Assembly (NCBI GenBank): GCA_022750295.1
Contig: JAKIVZ010000002.1
Span: 80,989 to 144,988 of the forward strand
Direction: 5' to 3'
Length of the DNA: 64,000 nt
Origin: Candidatus Lutacidiplasma silvani
GTDB taxonomy: Archaea > Thermoplasmatota > Thermoplasmata > Lutacidiplasmatales > UBA184
A program made the translations under genes and the position numbers. The notes beneath the pieces were generated by a model. The model was not told where the DNA came from and did no database searches. It was given only the letters and a program-made list of their open reading frames with translations. Below, piece after piece: positions 54,816 through 63,442 of this stretch (position 1 is its first letter; the number at the start of each line of letters is the position of its first letter).

Positions 54816-55565
54816 TCACGCGCGGGCGGCCTTGCCCCCCGGTCCGACCGGGGGAAGTCGCGCGACGTACTTCTGGGTTTCCTCGACGGAGAGCCGGTGG
54901 CTCCCGTTGGTCCGGTCGAGCGTCAGGACCTCGACTTGGCCGAGCGTCCCCGACTCGTCGAGCGACTGGCGAAGCCCCTCGAGCGCGAGGACGACCGCCG
55001 CGTCGACGTCCATCTTGGGGCGGTGCTTCTGCTCGAACAGCTCCATCACGGGGCCCTTGTTCCCGCCGGTCGAGGTCGCCTTGAAGCTCGTCAGTGAGCC
55101 GGACGGCTCGGTCTCGTAGAGATGCACGCCGGTGTCGTCGAATCCACCGACGAGGAGGGCGGTCCCGAACGGCCGTACGCCGCCGAACTGGGTGTACTGT
55201 TGCTTGTAGTCGCAGATCCGACGGACGAGGAGTTCGACGGAGACCGGCTCGGTGTAGGTGACCCGGTTGATCTGGGCGGCGAGCCGCGCGTAGTCCACCA
55301 GCACGCGGGCGTCGGCGACCAAGCCCGCGGTCGCACACGCGATGTGCTCGTCGATGAGATGGATCTTCTCGAGGCTCGCGGGTTCGGCGAGCTTGGGGTT
55401 CGGGATCCGGCGGTCGGCGACCAGGACGACTCCGTCCTCGTAGCAGACCCCCGCGGTCGTCGCGCCCCGACGCACCGCCTCCCGGGCGTACTCGACCTGG
55501 AACAGGCGCCCATCGGGCGAGAACACGGTGATGGCCCGGTCGTACGCCATCTGGCCGGGTTGCAT
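54816..55565 (-). CDS. psmA: proteasome subunit alpha
   Basis: MQPGQMAYDRAITVFSPDGRLFQVEYAREAV matches the T. acidophilum alpha-subunit N-terminus almost residue for residue. Start set at the third ATG (55565), consistent with a TATA box at 55612-55619. Confidence 0.9.
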   Translation of the reverse strand: MQPGQMAYDRAITVFSPDGRLFQVEYAREAVRRGATTAGVCYEDGVVLVADRRIPNPKLAEPASLEKIHLIDEHIACATAGLVADARVLVDYARLAAQINRVTYTEPVSVELLVRRICDYKQQYTQFGGVRPFGTALLVGGFDDTGVHLYETEPSGSLTSFKATSTGGNKGPVMELFEQKHRPKMDVDAAVVLALEGLRQSLDESGTLGQVEVLTLDRTNGSHRLSVEETQKYVARLPPVGPGGKAARA

Positions 55566-55611
55566 CTCCATCGACGGTTCCTCCGAGGCGGCCCGCCCCA
55601 CGGAGGCCCGG

Positions 55612-55619
55612 GTTATAAC
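55612..55619. promoter_or_regulatory. palindromic TATA element (GTTATAAC) between divergent psmA and the thioredoxin-domain gene
   Basis: The only AT-rich element in the region; about 45 nt upstream of the psmA ATG at 55565. Confidence 0.4.
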
Positions 55620-55710
55620 GGGTCACAGGACAGTTTCCCCGAGGTAGGCGACTCCCGCCGGGGAACCGGCCGAGCAACGGTAAAGCGGCGCCGCGCTCCG
55701 ACGGGATTCG

Positions 55711-57822
55711 ATGACCGGCGGGACGTCCGGCTCGGCCCCTTCCACGAAGGCGCACCGACTCGCGAACGCCTCCAGCGTCTACCTCCGGAGCGCCTCGGAA
55801 CAGTCGATCGACTGGTATCCGTGGGGGACCGAACCCTTCGCCCTCGCGAAGCGCCTCCATCGACCGGTCCTCATCGACGTCGGCGCCGTCTGGTGCCACT
55901 GGTGCCACGTGATGGACGAGGGGACGTATTCCGACCCCGAGGTCGCGCGGCTCCTCGCCGAAGGGTTCGTCGCGGTGAAGGTCGACCGGGACGAGAACCC
56001 CGAGGTCGACCGACGGTACCAGCGCCAGGTCAACGCGCTCACGGGCGAGGGCGGCTGGCCGCTCACCGCGTTCGCGACGGCCGACGGGGAGGTGTTCCTC
56101 GGGGGAACGTACTTCCCGCCTGAGGACGGGATGGGCCGCCCGGGGTTCCGGCGGGTCCTCCGCGAGGTCGCCCGGCTGTACCGGGAGGAACCCGAGAAGG
56201 TCCGACAGAATGCCGAGGTCGTGCGTGGCGCGCTCGCCCGGATGTCGGAGGGCCGCTCGGCCCGGGCGACGTCGAATCCGGAGTTCCTCGCCCGCGTCCG
56301 GACCTCGATCCACGACGCATACGACCCCGTCCACGCCGGGTTCGGGCACGCGCCGAAGTTCCCGCATGCCGGGGGGATCGAGTTCCTCCTCCTCGACGGA
56401 TTCCAGGGAGGAGACCCGAGGTCCGGCGCCCGGGCCGTGGCCACGCTTCACCAGATGGTCGACGGCGGGATCTTCGACCAGGTAGGGGGCGCGTTCCACC
56501 GGTACTCGGTCGACGAAGGCTGGCACGTCCCTCACTTCGAGAAGATGGGGGCCGACAACGCCGAGCTCCTGGCGGCCCTGGTCGAGGTCGACCGGCAGGA
56601 ACCCCAGACCCGGTTTACGGACGCGATCGGCGCAACCGTCCGATGGTCGTCGACCGTGCTGGGAGACCCCGCGGGTGGGTTCGGGGCGAGCCAGGACGCC
56701 GACAACGCGCCGGGCGACGACGGCGGATACTTCACCTGGAGTCGCCCGGAACTGAAGTCCGTCCTGGCCCCCGACGAACTGCGGCTCGCGACCCGGGCGT
56801 TCGGGGTCGGAACCGACGGCCGGATGCCCCACGACCCCGACCGCAACGTCCTCTACCGGCTCATGTCCGACGCCGAGCTCGCAACCGACCTCGGGGTCGC
56901 CGAGCCAGAGGCCCGGCGGCGGCTCGACGCCGTGGTCGCCAAGCTCGCCGAGACGCGGGGACGGCGAGCCGCCCCGCTCATCGACCGAACCCTCTACGCC
57001 GACATCAACGGACTGTTCCTGCGGGCGTTCGCCCGGGCCGCTCGGGCGTCCGCGTCCGCACCGTGGCTCGCCACCGCCCGTCGGTCGGCGGACCGGTTTC
57101 TCCGGGACGGGTACGCGCCGGACGTGGGGGTCGTCCATCGGCTCGGGGGGGCCTCCGACGCGGGTCACGGGCTCCTCGCCGATCAGGCGATGATGGCGCT
57201 CGGGCTCGTGGAGCTCGGCGGGGCGACGGTCGAGCCCCGGTACGTCGAGGCGGCCCGAGCGTTGCTCGCCGTCGTCGAGCGGGAGTTCCGGGCCGACAAC
57301 GGCCTCCTCCGCGATGTCGCCCCGCGGTTGTACGATGGTCCGAAGGTGGGAGCGGTCGACGAACCCGCGTATCCGCTGGAGGACACGCCCAACCTGGCCC
57401 CCAACGCGGCGGTCGCGACCGCCCTCCTCCGTCTCGCCTCGCTGACCGGGGACGACGCGGACCGGGATCGCGCCCGACCGCTCATCGCGGCGATGGCGGC
57501 CCGCCTCGGGCCGGCAGGATTGTTCGCCGGCGGCGCCGCGTTCGCGGCGGGCGCGATCGACGTACCGCCGGCCCGCGTGGTCATCGAGGGGACCGGCCCC
57601 GACGCCGAGCGGCTGGCCCGGGTCGCGGAACGGACGTACCACCCGAACCTTTGGGTCTTCCGAGGCGCGCCGCCGCCGCCGTTCTCCCTGCCGGACGAAC
57701 TGGGGACCGGTGGCCGCGGACCGCGGGCGCTGATCTGCTTCGGCACGCGGTGCCTCGCCCCCATCACGGAGCCGGTCGCGCTCGTCGCGGCGATCCGCTC
57801 CGGCGGGTCGACGCCGGCGTAA
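55711..57822 (+). CDS. thioredoxin-domain protein of the DUF255/YyaL family (thioredoxin-like N-domain plus alpha/alpha-toroid domain)
   Basis: WYPWGTEPFALAKRLHRPVLIDVGAVWCHWCHVMDE; about 700 aa family architecture. Confidence 0.8.
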   Translation: MTGGTSGSAPSTKAHRLANASSVYLRSASEQSIDWYPWGTEPFALAKRLHRPVLIDVGAVWCHWCHVMDEGTYSDPEVARLLAEGFVAVKVDRDENPEVDRRYQRQVNALTGEGGWPLTAFATADGEVFLGGTYFPPEDGMGRPGFRRVLREVARLYREEPEKVRQNAEVVRGALARMSEGRSARATSNPEFLARVRTSIHDAYDPVHAGFGHAPKFPHAGGIEFLLLDGFQGGDPRSGARAVATLHQMVDGGIFDQVGGAFHRYSVDEGWHVPHFEKMGADNAELLAALVEVDRQEPQTRFTDAIGATVRWSSTVLGDPAGGFGASQDADNAPGDDGGYFTWSRPELKSVLAPDELRLATRAFGVGTDGRMPHDPDRNVLYRLMSDAELATDLGVAEPEARRRLDAVVAKLAETRGRRAAPLIDRTLYADINGLFLRAFARAARASASAPWLATARRSADRFLRDGYAPDVGVVHRLGGASDAGHGLLADQAMMALGLVELGGATVEPRYVEAARALLAVVEREFRADNGLLRDVAPRLYDGPKVGAVDEPAYPLEDTPNLAPNAAVATALLRLASLTGDDADRDRARPLIAAMAARLGPAGLFAGGAAFAAGAIDVPPARVVIEGTGPDAERLARVAERTYHPNLWVFRGAPPPPFSLPDELGTGGRGPRALICFGTRCLAPITEPVALVAAIRSGGSTPA

Positions 57823-58582
57823 CGATTGGCCCGACGTCGGTGCCGTCGAGCAGGTACGCGCGGGCCGAGCCTTCGCCGAGGAATCTCCCGAACAGGAACG
57901 ACCGGCTCCGCCGCGGCCGCTGCCGGTTGAGCGCCTCCCGGCCCGCGAGCGGATGGAAGGCGGGGAGCACGATCAATTCCTTCGCGGCGAACCGCCGCGG
58001 TCGGTCGCCGACCGGAACGTCCTCGAACTCGGCGCGGACCCAGCACGCCATTTTGCCGGAGGCGGATTCGCCGGTCGACGCGAACCGGTAGCCGGGGTGC
58101 AGGTGACCGGCGACGAGTCGGTCGGCCCCGAGTACGCGCTTCGAGGGCCACCGGTGCCCGTGGAAGACTCCAACCCCGTCCCGAAGGAGTCCGTCGGCGG
58201 GATGGACCGTCACCTCGCGGGGGAGGTGGGCGGCGAGTCCGACATCGTGGTTCCCGAGGACCACGTCAACTTCGACCCCGGCCGCAAGGAGGTCAGCGAA
58301 GACCCCGAAGAGCGAGGGGCGAAGCGACCGCGGAGTCCCCACGATCGGGTGCTTCACGTCTCCGGCCACGACCAGGCGACGGACCCCGCTCGAGTCGCAG
58401 GCGGCGAGGAGTTGGTCCCGGATCGCGTTCGGGGACCCTTCCGGAGGCCCCGGAGTGCCGCGCTCGCCCGCCGTGAGGCCGAGGTGCAGGTCGGCGACGA
58501 TGAGCCAGGGCCGCGCGTTTCCCGAAGGGTCGACACGAAGGGCCGGAAGACCGCGGAGCGGGGTGACTTGCGACGCCGCCAC
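57764..58582 (-). CDS. calcineurin-like metallophosphoesterase
   Basis: Motifs I-III and V: LIVADLHLG, GDVKHP, LGNHD, GHLH. Start assigned to GTG 58582 (alternative GTG 58597); the upstream part of the 632-aa ORF is antisense to the regulator gene. Confidence 0.55.
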   Translation of the reverse strand: MAASQVTPLRGLPALRVDPSGNARPWLIVADLHLGLTAGERGTPGPPEGSPNAIRDQLLAACDSSGVRRLVVAGDVKHPIVGTPRSLRPSLFGVFADLLAAGVEVDVVLGNHDVGLAAHLPREVTVHPADGLLRDGVGVFHGHRWPSKRVLGADRLVAGHLHPGYRFASTGESASGKMACWVRAEFEDVPVGDRPRRFAAKELIVLPAFHPLAGREALNRQRPRRSRSFLFGRFLGEGSARAYLLDGTDVGPIVTPASTRRSGSPRRARPAP

Positions 58583-58672
58583 GGACCGTCCGGACACCGC
58601 CGGGGGAGAAACCGACTCCGACGGGCCGTCGTCGAAGCCGTCGAGGTCCTTTTCTACCCTCCCGACGATGGA

Positions 58673-59713
58673 ATGCCCGCGATGGGGCGAAGTGCGGCGG
58701 CCGAGAGCCGGACTGGACCGCGCGACCGCGCGATCGAGCGGGTCCGACAGCTCCTGGAGAGCGCGGGATTCTTCGTCACCGACGCCCACCATGTCCGCCC
58801 GAGCAGCTTCGACCTGATGGCCCGGCGCGACTCGCAACTGCTCATCGTCAAGATCCTGAAGAACATCGACGCGCTCGACCCCGGCGAAGCGGCCCGGATC
58901 GCCGAGCTCGGCCGACAGTTCCCGGCCAAAGTCCTCGTCATCGGTCACACCTCTGGGGGGAACGAGCTCGAACCCGGCGTGGTCTACAGCCGGTACGGCG
59001 TGCCCATCGTCGTCGAGGAGAGCCTGCAGGAGTACCTCCAGAAAGGGATCCCGCCGTTCCTGTTCAGCGGCCCGGGCGGAATCTTCGCCCGCGTCGACGG
59101 CCCGCGGCTCCGCGCCCTCCGGGAGGAGCGGCGGATCTCGCTCGGGGCCCTCGCCTCGATCGCTGGAGTCTCGCGACGGACCATCCAACTCTACGAGGAC
59201 GGCGCGGGGGCCGAGGTCGAGATCATCGAGCGCCTCGAGCGGTATCTCTCCGAGCCGATCGCCCGGCCCCTCGACCTGTTCGCCGACGAGCGGCCGAGCC
59301 CCGCGGACGGAGCGCCCGGTACCCCGGCCGATCCCGACCCCGCCGAGACGCCTCGGCGGCTTCGTCCGACGGGGGACGCGCTCCGCGACGGAGTCGTCCG
59401 CCAGCTCAATGGGATGGGCTGGGAGGTCACCGTGACGATCCGCTGCCCGTTCGACGCGCTCTCCCACGCCGACGCGCGGGGCGCCGACCGAACGTTGCTC
59501 ACCTCGGTGGGGACGCTCCGCACCGCGCAGAGTCGGGCCGACCTTCTCCTCCAACTCGCCCGAGTCGCCGAGGGCCACGCGATGTTCGTCGTCCGCGAGG
59601 CGACCGACCGCACCGACATCGAGGGTCTTCCGATCCTCTCGGTCCGGGAGCTCCAACGCCACCGGGACCGCGGCGAACTCATCGACGTCATCGAGGAGCG
59701 GGGCGCCGGGTGA
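58673..59713 (+). CDS. archaeal XRE-type HTH transcriptional regulator (COG1395-like)
   Basis: Central HTH (ISLGALASIAGVSRRTIQLYEDG) flanked by conserved N- and C-domains. Start at the internal ATG 58673. Confidence 0.55.
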   Translation: MPAMGRSAAAESRTGPRDRAIERVRQLLESAGFFVTDAHHVRPSSFDLMARRDSQLLIVKILKNIDALDPGEAARIAELGRQFPAKVLVIGHTSGGNELEPGVVYSRYGVPIVVEESLQEYLQKGIPPFLFSGPGGIFARVDGPRLRALREERRISLGALASIAGVSRRTIQLYEDGAGAEVEIIERLERYLSEPIARPLDLFADERPSPADGAPGTPADPDPAETPRRLRPTGDALRDGVVRQLNGMGWEVTVTIRCPFDALSHADARGADRTLLTSVGTLRTAQSRADLLLQLARVAEGHAMFVVREATDRTDIEGLPILSVRELQRHRDRGELIDVIEERGAG

Positions 59714-60378
59714 TCGAGCGCGTCCTCAACGGCGTGACGGTCCTCGGGGCGGTCCGAGGCCTCGTCGCCGAGGGGGACAGCGTACGGAATCGGCTCGAAC
59801 GGATGACACCGTCGGCCGTCGGAATCGCAATCTCGCCGGACGAGTTGAAGGGGCTGCGCGAGTACTTCGTCTCTCCCGAGACCGAACCGGTCGTCCCGCT
59901 CGCCCCGACCGAGGCCGGCGAGGTCCGCGGCCTCGCGCGCTACGGGGAGGTCGGCGTCCCGAACCCGGTCGCGGTCGAGGCGATCCGCTGGTCGGACGGC
60001 GCCGGCGTTGAGGTCGAGCCGCTCGACCCGTCGGACGACGACTACTCCGAATGGTTCGCGGACACGATCAGTTACGTCGAGCTCGTCCGCCGGACGCTGC
60101 GGGAGCGCCGGGTCGTCAAGCGCCCCCCCACCCCGCCGACGGCCGACGAATTCGCCATGAGTTGGAGTCGGACGATCAACAAGGGAGCGGGTTCCCGGCG
60201 CCTCATCGCGCGTCGCGACGCGGCCGTGATCGAGGGGCTCGGTCGGTTGCGCGCCCGCCACGCGTCCGTCGTGCTCCTCGTCGACCGCGAACGGTTCGAC
60301 GGCGTCGTGACGCTCCTCAACGACGGGTTCGCCTCCGTCCGGACGCCGGTCGGCGATTCGTATCGTGCGAGCCGTTAA
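59710..60378 (+). CDS. hypothetical protein, weakly TraB-family-like with degenerate motifs
   Basis: GTG start overlapping the regulator stop (GTGA). VTVLGAVRGL and VVLLVDRERFDG resemble TraB GTAHV/GxxHxxG positions but lack the His residues. Confidence 0.35.
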   Translation: MIERVLNGVTVLGAVRGLVAEGDSVRNRLERMTPSAVGIAISPDELKGLREYFVSPETEPVVPLAPTEAGEVRGLARYGEVGVPNPVAVEAIRWSDGAGVEVEPLDPSDDDYSEWFADTISYVELVRRTLRERRVVKRPPTPPTADEFAMSWSRTINKGAGSRRLIARRDAAVIEGLGRLRARHASVVLLVDRERFDGVVTLLNDGFASVRTPVGDSYRASR

Positions 60379-61948
60379 GAACCGCCTCGCCCCCATGGGA
60401 CTCCCTAGGTTCCTCTCGATGCCCCCTCTGGCGTCCGAAAGCCGGAAGAGCCGGCCCTACGCCGTGGTGGACGTCGGCTCGAACACGGCGCGGCTCGCCG
60501 TCTTCGAGGTCACCCCGGCCGGCGGGTTGCGGGCGGCGTTCGAGTCGAAGGAGGTCCCGCGTCTTGGCGAGGGGACCGGCGAAGACCGCTCCCTCTCGGA
60601 CGCCGCGGTCCGTCGCGGGGTCGAGGCGCTCGCGCGATTCCGCCGACGGCTGGCGGCCGCCGGCGACCCTCCCGCGATCTCGGTCGCTACGAGCGCCGTG
60701 CGGGACGCACCGAACGGCGCCGAGTTCGTCGCCCGGGTCCGAGCGGCGACCGGCTTCAACTTGCGGATCCTCTCGGGCGAGGAGGAGGCGCGGTACGCCT
60801 ACCTCGGCGTCGCCGGCGCGTGGCACCTCCACTCCGATACGATCGTCGACCTGGGCGGCGGCTCGCTCCAGGCGGTGCGCACGAAGGGCGGCGAAATCGA
60901 AGCGGCGGGGAGCGGTCCCCTCGGAGCCCTGCGACTCACCGAGGCGTTCCTCGAACACGACCCACCGAAGCAGCGAGAGTTGGAGCGGCTGCGGACCCAC
61001 GTGCGGGCCGAGCTTCGCAAGCTCCGCGGGGCCGGGGTCGTCCGCGGTCAGCTCTACGGCGTCGGCGGGACGATCCGGTGTCTGGCCCGCGTCGGGGTCG
61101 ACCTCACGAACTATCCGCTCGAGCGGGTCCACGGGTATCCGCTCACCCGACGGACGCTCGCCCGCGTGGAGCGGGTCCTGCTCGGACTCGACGCGGACGA
61201 GCGACGCCGGATCCCCGGGGTCGGCGGGCACCGGGCCGACGTCATCGTCGCGGGCGCGATCGTCGTCGACGAGCTGATGCGGCGGACCGAAGCCGATTCG
61301 CTCGTCGTCAGCGCGACCGGGATCCGCGAGGGGATCGCGATCGAGCACGCCGGGATCCGGGTGCCGGCCGCCTCCGAGACGCTCGCCTGGCGCTCGGTCA
61401 CCGCCGAGGCGAGCGCGCTCGGGTTCTCGCTCCCCCATGGCGAAGCGGTCCGGGGGGTTGCGGTCGAGCTGTTCGAGGCGCTCGCCCCGAGGTTCGGATG
61501 GGGCGCGAGCGAACGGCTCTCCCTCGACGTCGCGGCGTGGATGCACGACGTCGGATGGACGATCGACCCGTGGCGCCACGCGAAGCACTCGGCGTACGTT
61601 CTCCGCCACGCCGCGATCCATGGTCTGACCCACCGGGAAGTGGCGATCGCGAGCATCGTCGCCTACCTCCACGAAGGCGACCCGTTCCCGGCCCCCTGGA
61701 AGGAGACGTTCCACGAGATCCTCACCGACGACGACCTCGAGACCTCCCGCCGGCTCGGGGCGCTCGTCTTCTTCGCCGAGGCGCTCGACGGGGCGCGGCC
61801 CGGGATCTCGATCCCGCGCGGCTCCGACCGTCTGGTTCTGACCCCCGAAGCGGGCCGGGGCGCCCGCCCGTCCGACCGAACCGTCCAACGGCTCCGGAAG
61901 CCGACGCGTCGCGCCCTTGGGCTGGAGGTCGAGCTGAATGGCCGCTGA
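60365..61948 (+). CDS. ppx: Ppx/GppA-family exopolyphosphatase/pppGpp phosphohydrolase with a C-terminal HD-like domain
   Basis: VVDVGSNTARLAVFE (the ASKHA phosphate-1 motif), DLGGGS phosphate-2 and C-terminal HD-like helices. Confidence 0.8.
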   Translation: MRAVKNRLAPMGLPRFLSMPPLASESRKSRPYAVVDVGSNTARLAVFEVTPAGGLRAAFESKEVPRLGEGTGEDRSLSDAAVRRGVEALARFRRRLAAAGDPPAISVATSAVRDAPNGAEFVARVRAATGFNLRILSGEEEARYAYLGVAGAWHLHSDTIVDLGGGSLQAVRTKGGEIEAAGSGPLGALRLTEAFLEHDPPKQRELERLRTHVRAELRKLRGAGVVRGQLYGVGGTIRCLARVGVDLTNYPLERVHGYPLTRRTLARVERVLLGLDADERRRIPGVGGHRADVIVAGAIVVDELMRRTEADSLVVSATGIREGIAIEHAGIRVPAASETLAWRSVTAEASALGFSLPHGEAVRGVAVELFEALAPRFGWGASERLSLDVAAWMHDVGWTIDPWRHAKHSAYVLRHAAIHGLTHREVAIASIVAYLHEGDPFPAPWKETFHEILTDDDLETSRRLGALVFFAEALDGARPGISIPRGSDRLVLTPEAGRGARPSDRTVQRLRKPTRRALGLEVELNGR

Positions 61949-62666
61949 AGCCGTCCCGGCCCTCCCCGAGGGCACGACCCCGTCGGGGAGCCGGCTCGCC
62001 GGCCGTCTCCTCGTGTTCGAGGGCCTCGACGGCTCCGGGAAGTCGACCCAGGCCCGGCTGCTAGTGAAGTGGCTGCAGGCGCGCGGCTACCGGGTGTTCT
62101 TCACCGAATGGAACTCGTCCGAGCTGATCAGCGACACGATCCGTCGCGGCAAGAAGAAGAACCTCCTGACCCCGACCACCTTCTCCCTGCTCCACGCCAC
62201 CGATTTCGCCGACCGGCTCGAGCGGCACGTGATCCCGCCGCTGCGGGCGGGCTACGTCGTCATCTGCGACCGGTACGCGTACACCGCGTTCGTGCGCGAC
62301 GCCGCGCGGGGGTGCGACCCGGACTGGGTGCGCAGCCTCTACGGGTTCGCGCCGAAACCGGACAAGGTGTTCTACTTCCGCGTCCCGGTCGCCACGTCGC
62401 TCGCGCGAAAGCTCGCGAGCCGCCAGAAGATCTCCTACTACGAAGCCGGAATGGACCTCGGGCTCGCCGACGACCTCATCGAGTGCTACGAGAAGTTCCA
62501 GTCGCGGCTCAAGCGCGAGTACGAGCGGCTCGTCCCGACCGACGGGTTCGTCGTCATCGACGCGGACAAGCCGGTCGAGACCGTCCTCAACCAGGTCCGC
62601 CGCGAGGTGCGACCGCTCTTGACCGGGTTCCCGAAAGCGGAGGCGCTCGTCCATGCCGACGAATAG
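61938..62666 (+). CDS. thymidylate-kinase-like P-loop kinase, paralogue A (canonical P-loop)
   Basis: FEGLDGSGKSTQ P-loop and CDRYAYT (DRY motif); it also carries a YYEAGMDL insert shared with the downstream paralogue. Confidence 0.75.
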   Translation: MAAEAVPALPEGTTPSGSRLAGRLLVFEGLDGSGKSTQARLLVKWLQARGYRVFFTEWNSSELISDTIRRGKKKNLLTPTTFSLLHATDFADRLERHVIPPLRAGYVVICDRYAYTAFVRDAARGCDPDWVRSLYGFAPKPDKVFYFRVPVATSLARKLASRQKISYYEAGMDLGLADDLIECYEKFQSRLKREYERLVPTDGFVVIDADKPVETVLNQVRREVRPLLTGFPKAEALVHADE

Positions 62667-63360
62667 GACCTACGGGACCAAACTCCCGGGGATGCCCCGG
62701 GACCCGTTTCCCGGGAAGCTGATCGTTCTCGAGGGGGCGGACGGCTCGGGCCGGACGACCGAAGTCGACCTCCTCCGCGAGTGGCTCGAGGTCGAGGGCC
62801 ACCCGGTCGTCGACACCGGACTCCGCCGCTCGTCGCTCCTCAGCGAGCAGATCGAGGAGGCGAAGAAGGGGAACACGCTGAGCGCGACGACCCTCGCACT
62901 CCTCTACGCCGCCGACTTCGCCGACCAGCTCGAGAACAAGATCATCCCGTCGCTTTCGGCGGGGAGCACGGTGCTCGCCGACCGGTACGTCTACACGCTG
63001 ATGGCCCGCGCGATCGTCCGCGGAGCGAGCCGGTCGTGGGCCGAGAAGCTGTACGGGTTCGCCCTCGTTCCCGACCTCACGATCTTCCTCGACGCGAAGA
63101 CCGACATCCTGCTCCACCGCGCGATCGCGAAGTACGGGAGCCTCGACTACTGGGAGAGCGGGATGGACCTCTGCCTGTCCCGCGACCGGTTCGAGAGCTT
63201 CTACCGATACCAGTCGCTGTTGCGCGCGGAGTTCGGCGTGATGGAGAACCGGTACGGGTTCCATCGCGTCGACGCGAATCGGACCCCGACCGGGGTCCAC
63301 CGGGAGACCCGGGACCTCGTCGCCCCGCTGTTCCATCCCGAAGGACGTCGGCGTCGGTAG
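62653..63360 (+). CDS. thymidylate-kinase-like P-loop kinase, paralogue B (P-loop Lys replaced by Arg)
   Basis: LEGADGSGRTT (K to R), LADRYVYT and YWESGMDL; overlaps the paralogue A stop by 14 nt. Confidence 0.7.
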   Translation: MPTNRTYGTKLPGMPRDPFPGKLIVLEGADGSGRTTEVDLLREWLEVEGHPVVDTGLRRSSLLSEQIEEAKKGNTLSATTLALLYAADFADQLENKIIPSLSAGSTVLADRYVYTLMARAIVRGASRSWAEKLYGFALVPDLTIFLDAKTDILLHRAIAKYGSLDYWESGMDLCLSRDRFESFYRYQSLLRAEFGVMENRYGFHRVDANRTPTGVHRETRDLVAPLFHPEGRRRR

Positions 63361-63442
63361 GTCCCCCGTACCCCAGAGGCTCGCGCGGGGACCGACCACG
63401 GTTGGTCGGACCGTTTCGGCGGGCCTTGCCCGACACGGGACG

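Noticed and set aside
54790-57642. 950-aa minus-strand ORF
   Set aside because: Antisense to the DUF255 thioredoxin-domain gene and overlapping psmA. Low-complexity.
58583-59662. Upstream two-thirds of the 632-aa minus-strand ORF containing the metallophosphoesterase
   Set aside because: The phosphoesterase motifs start at about 58504. The rest is antisense to the XRE regulator gene, which has a coherent HTH domain.
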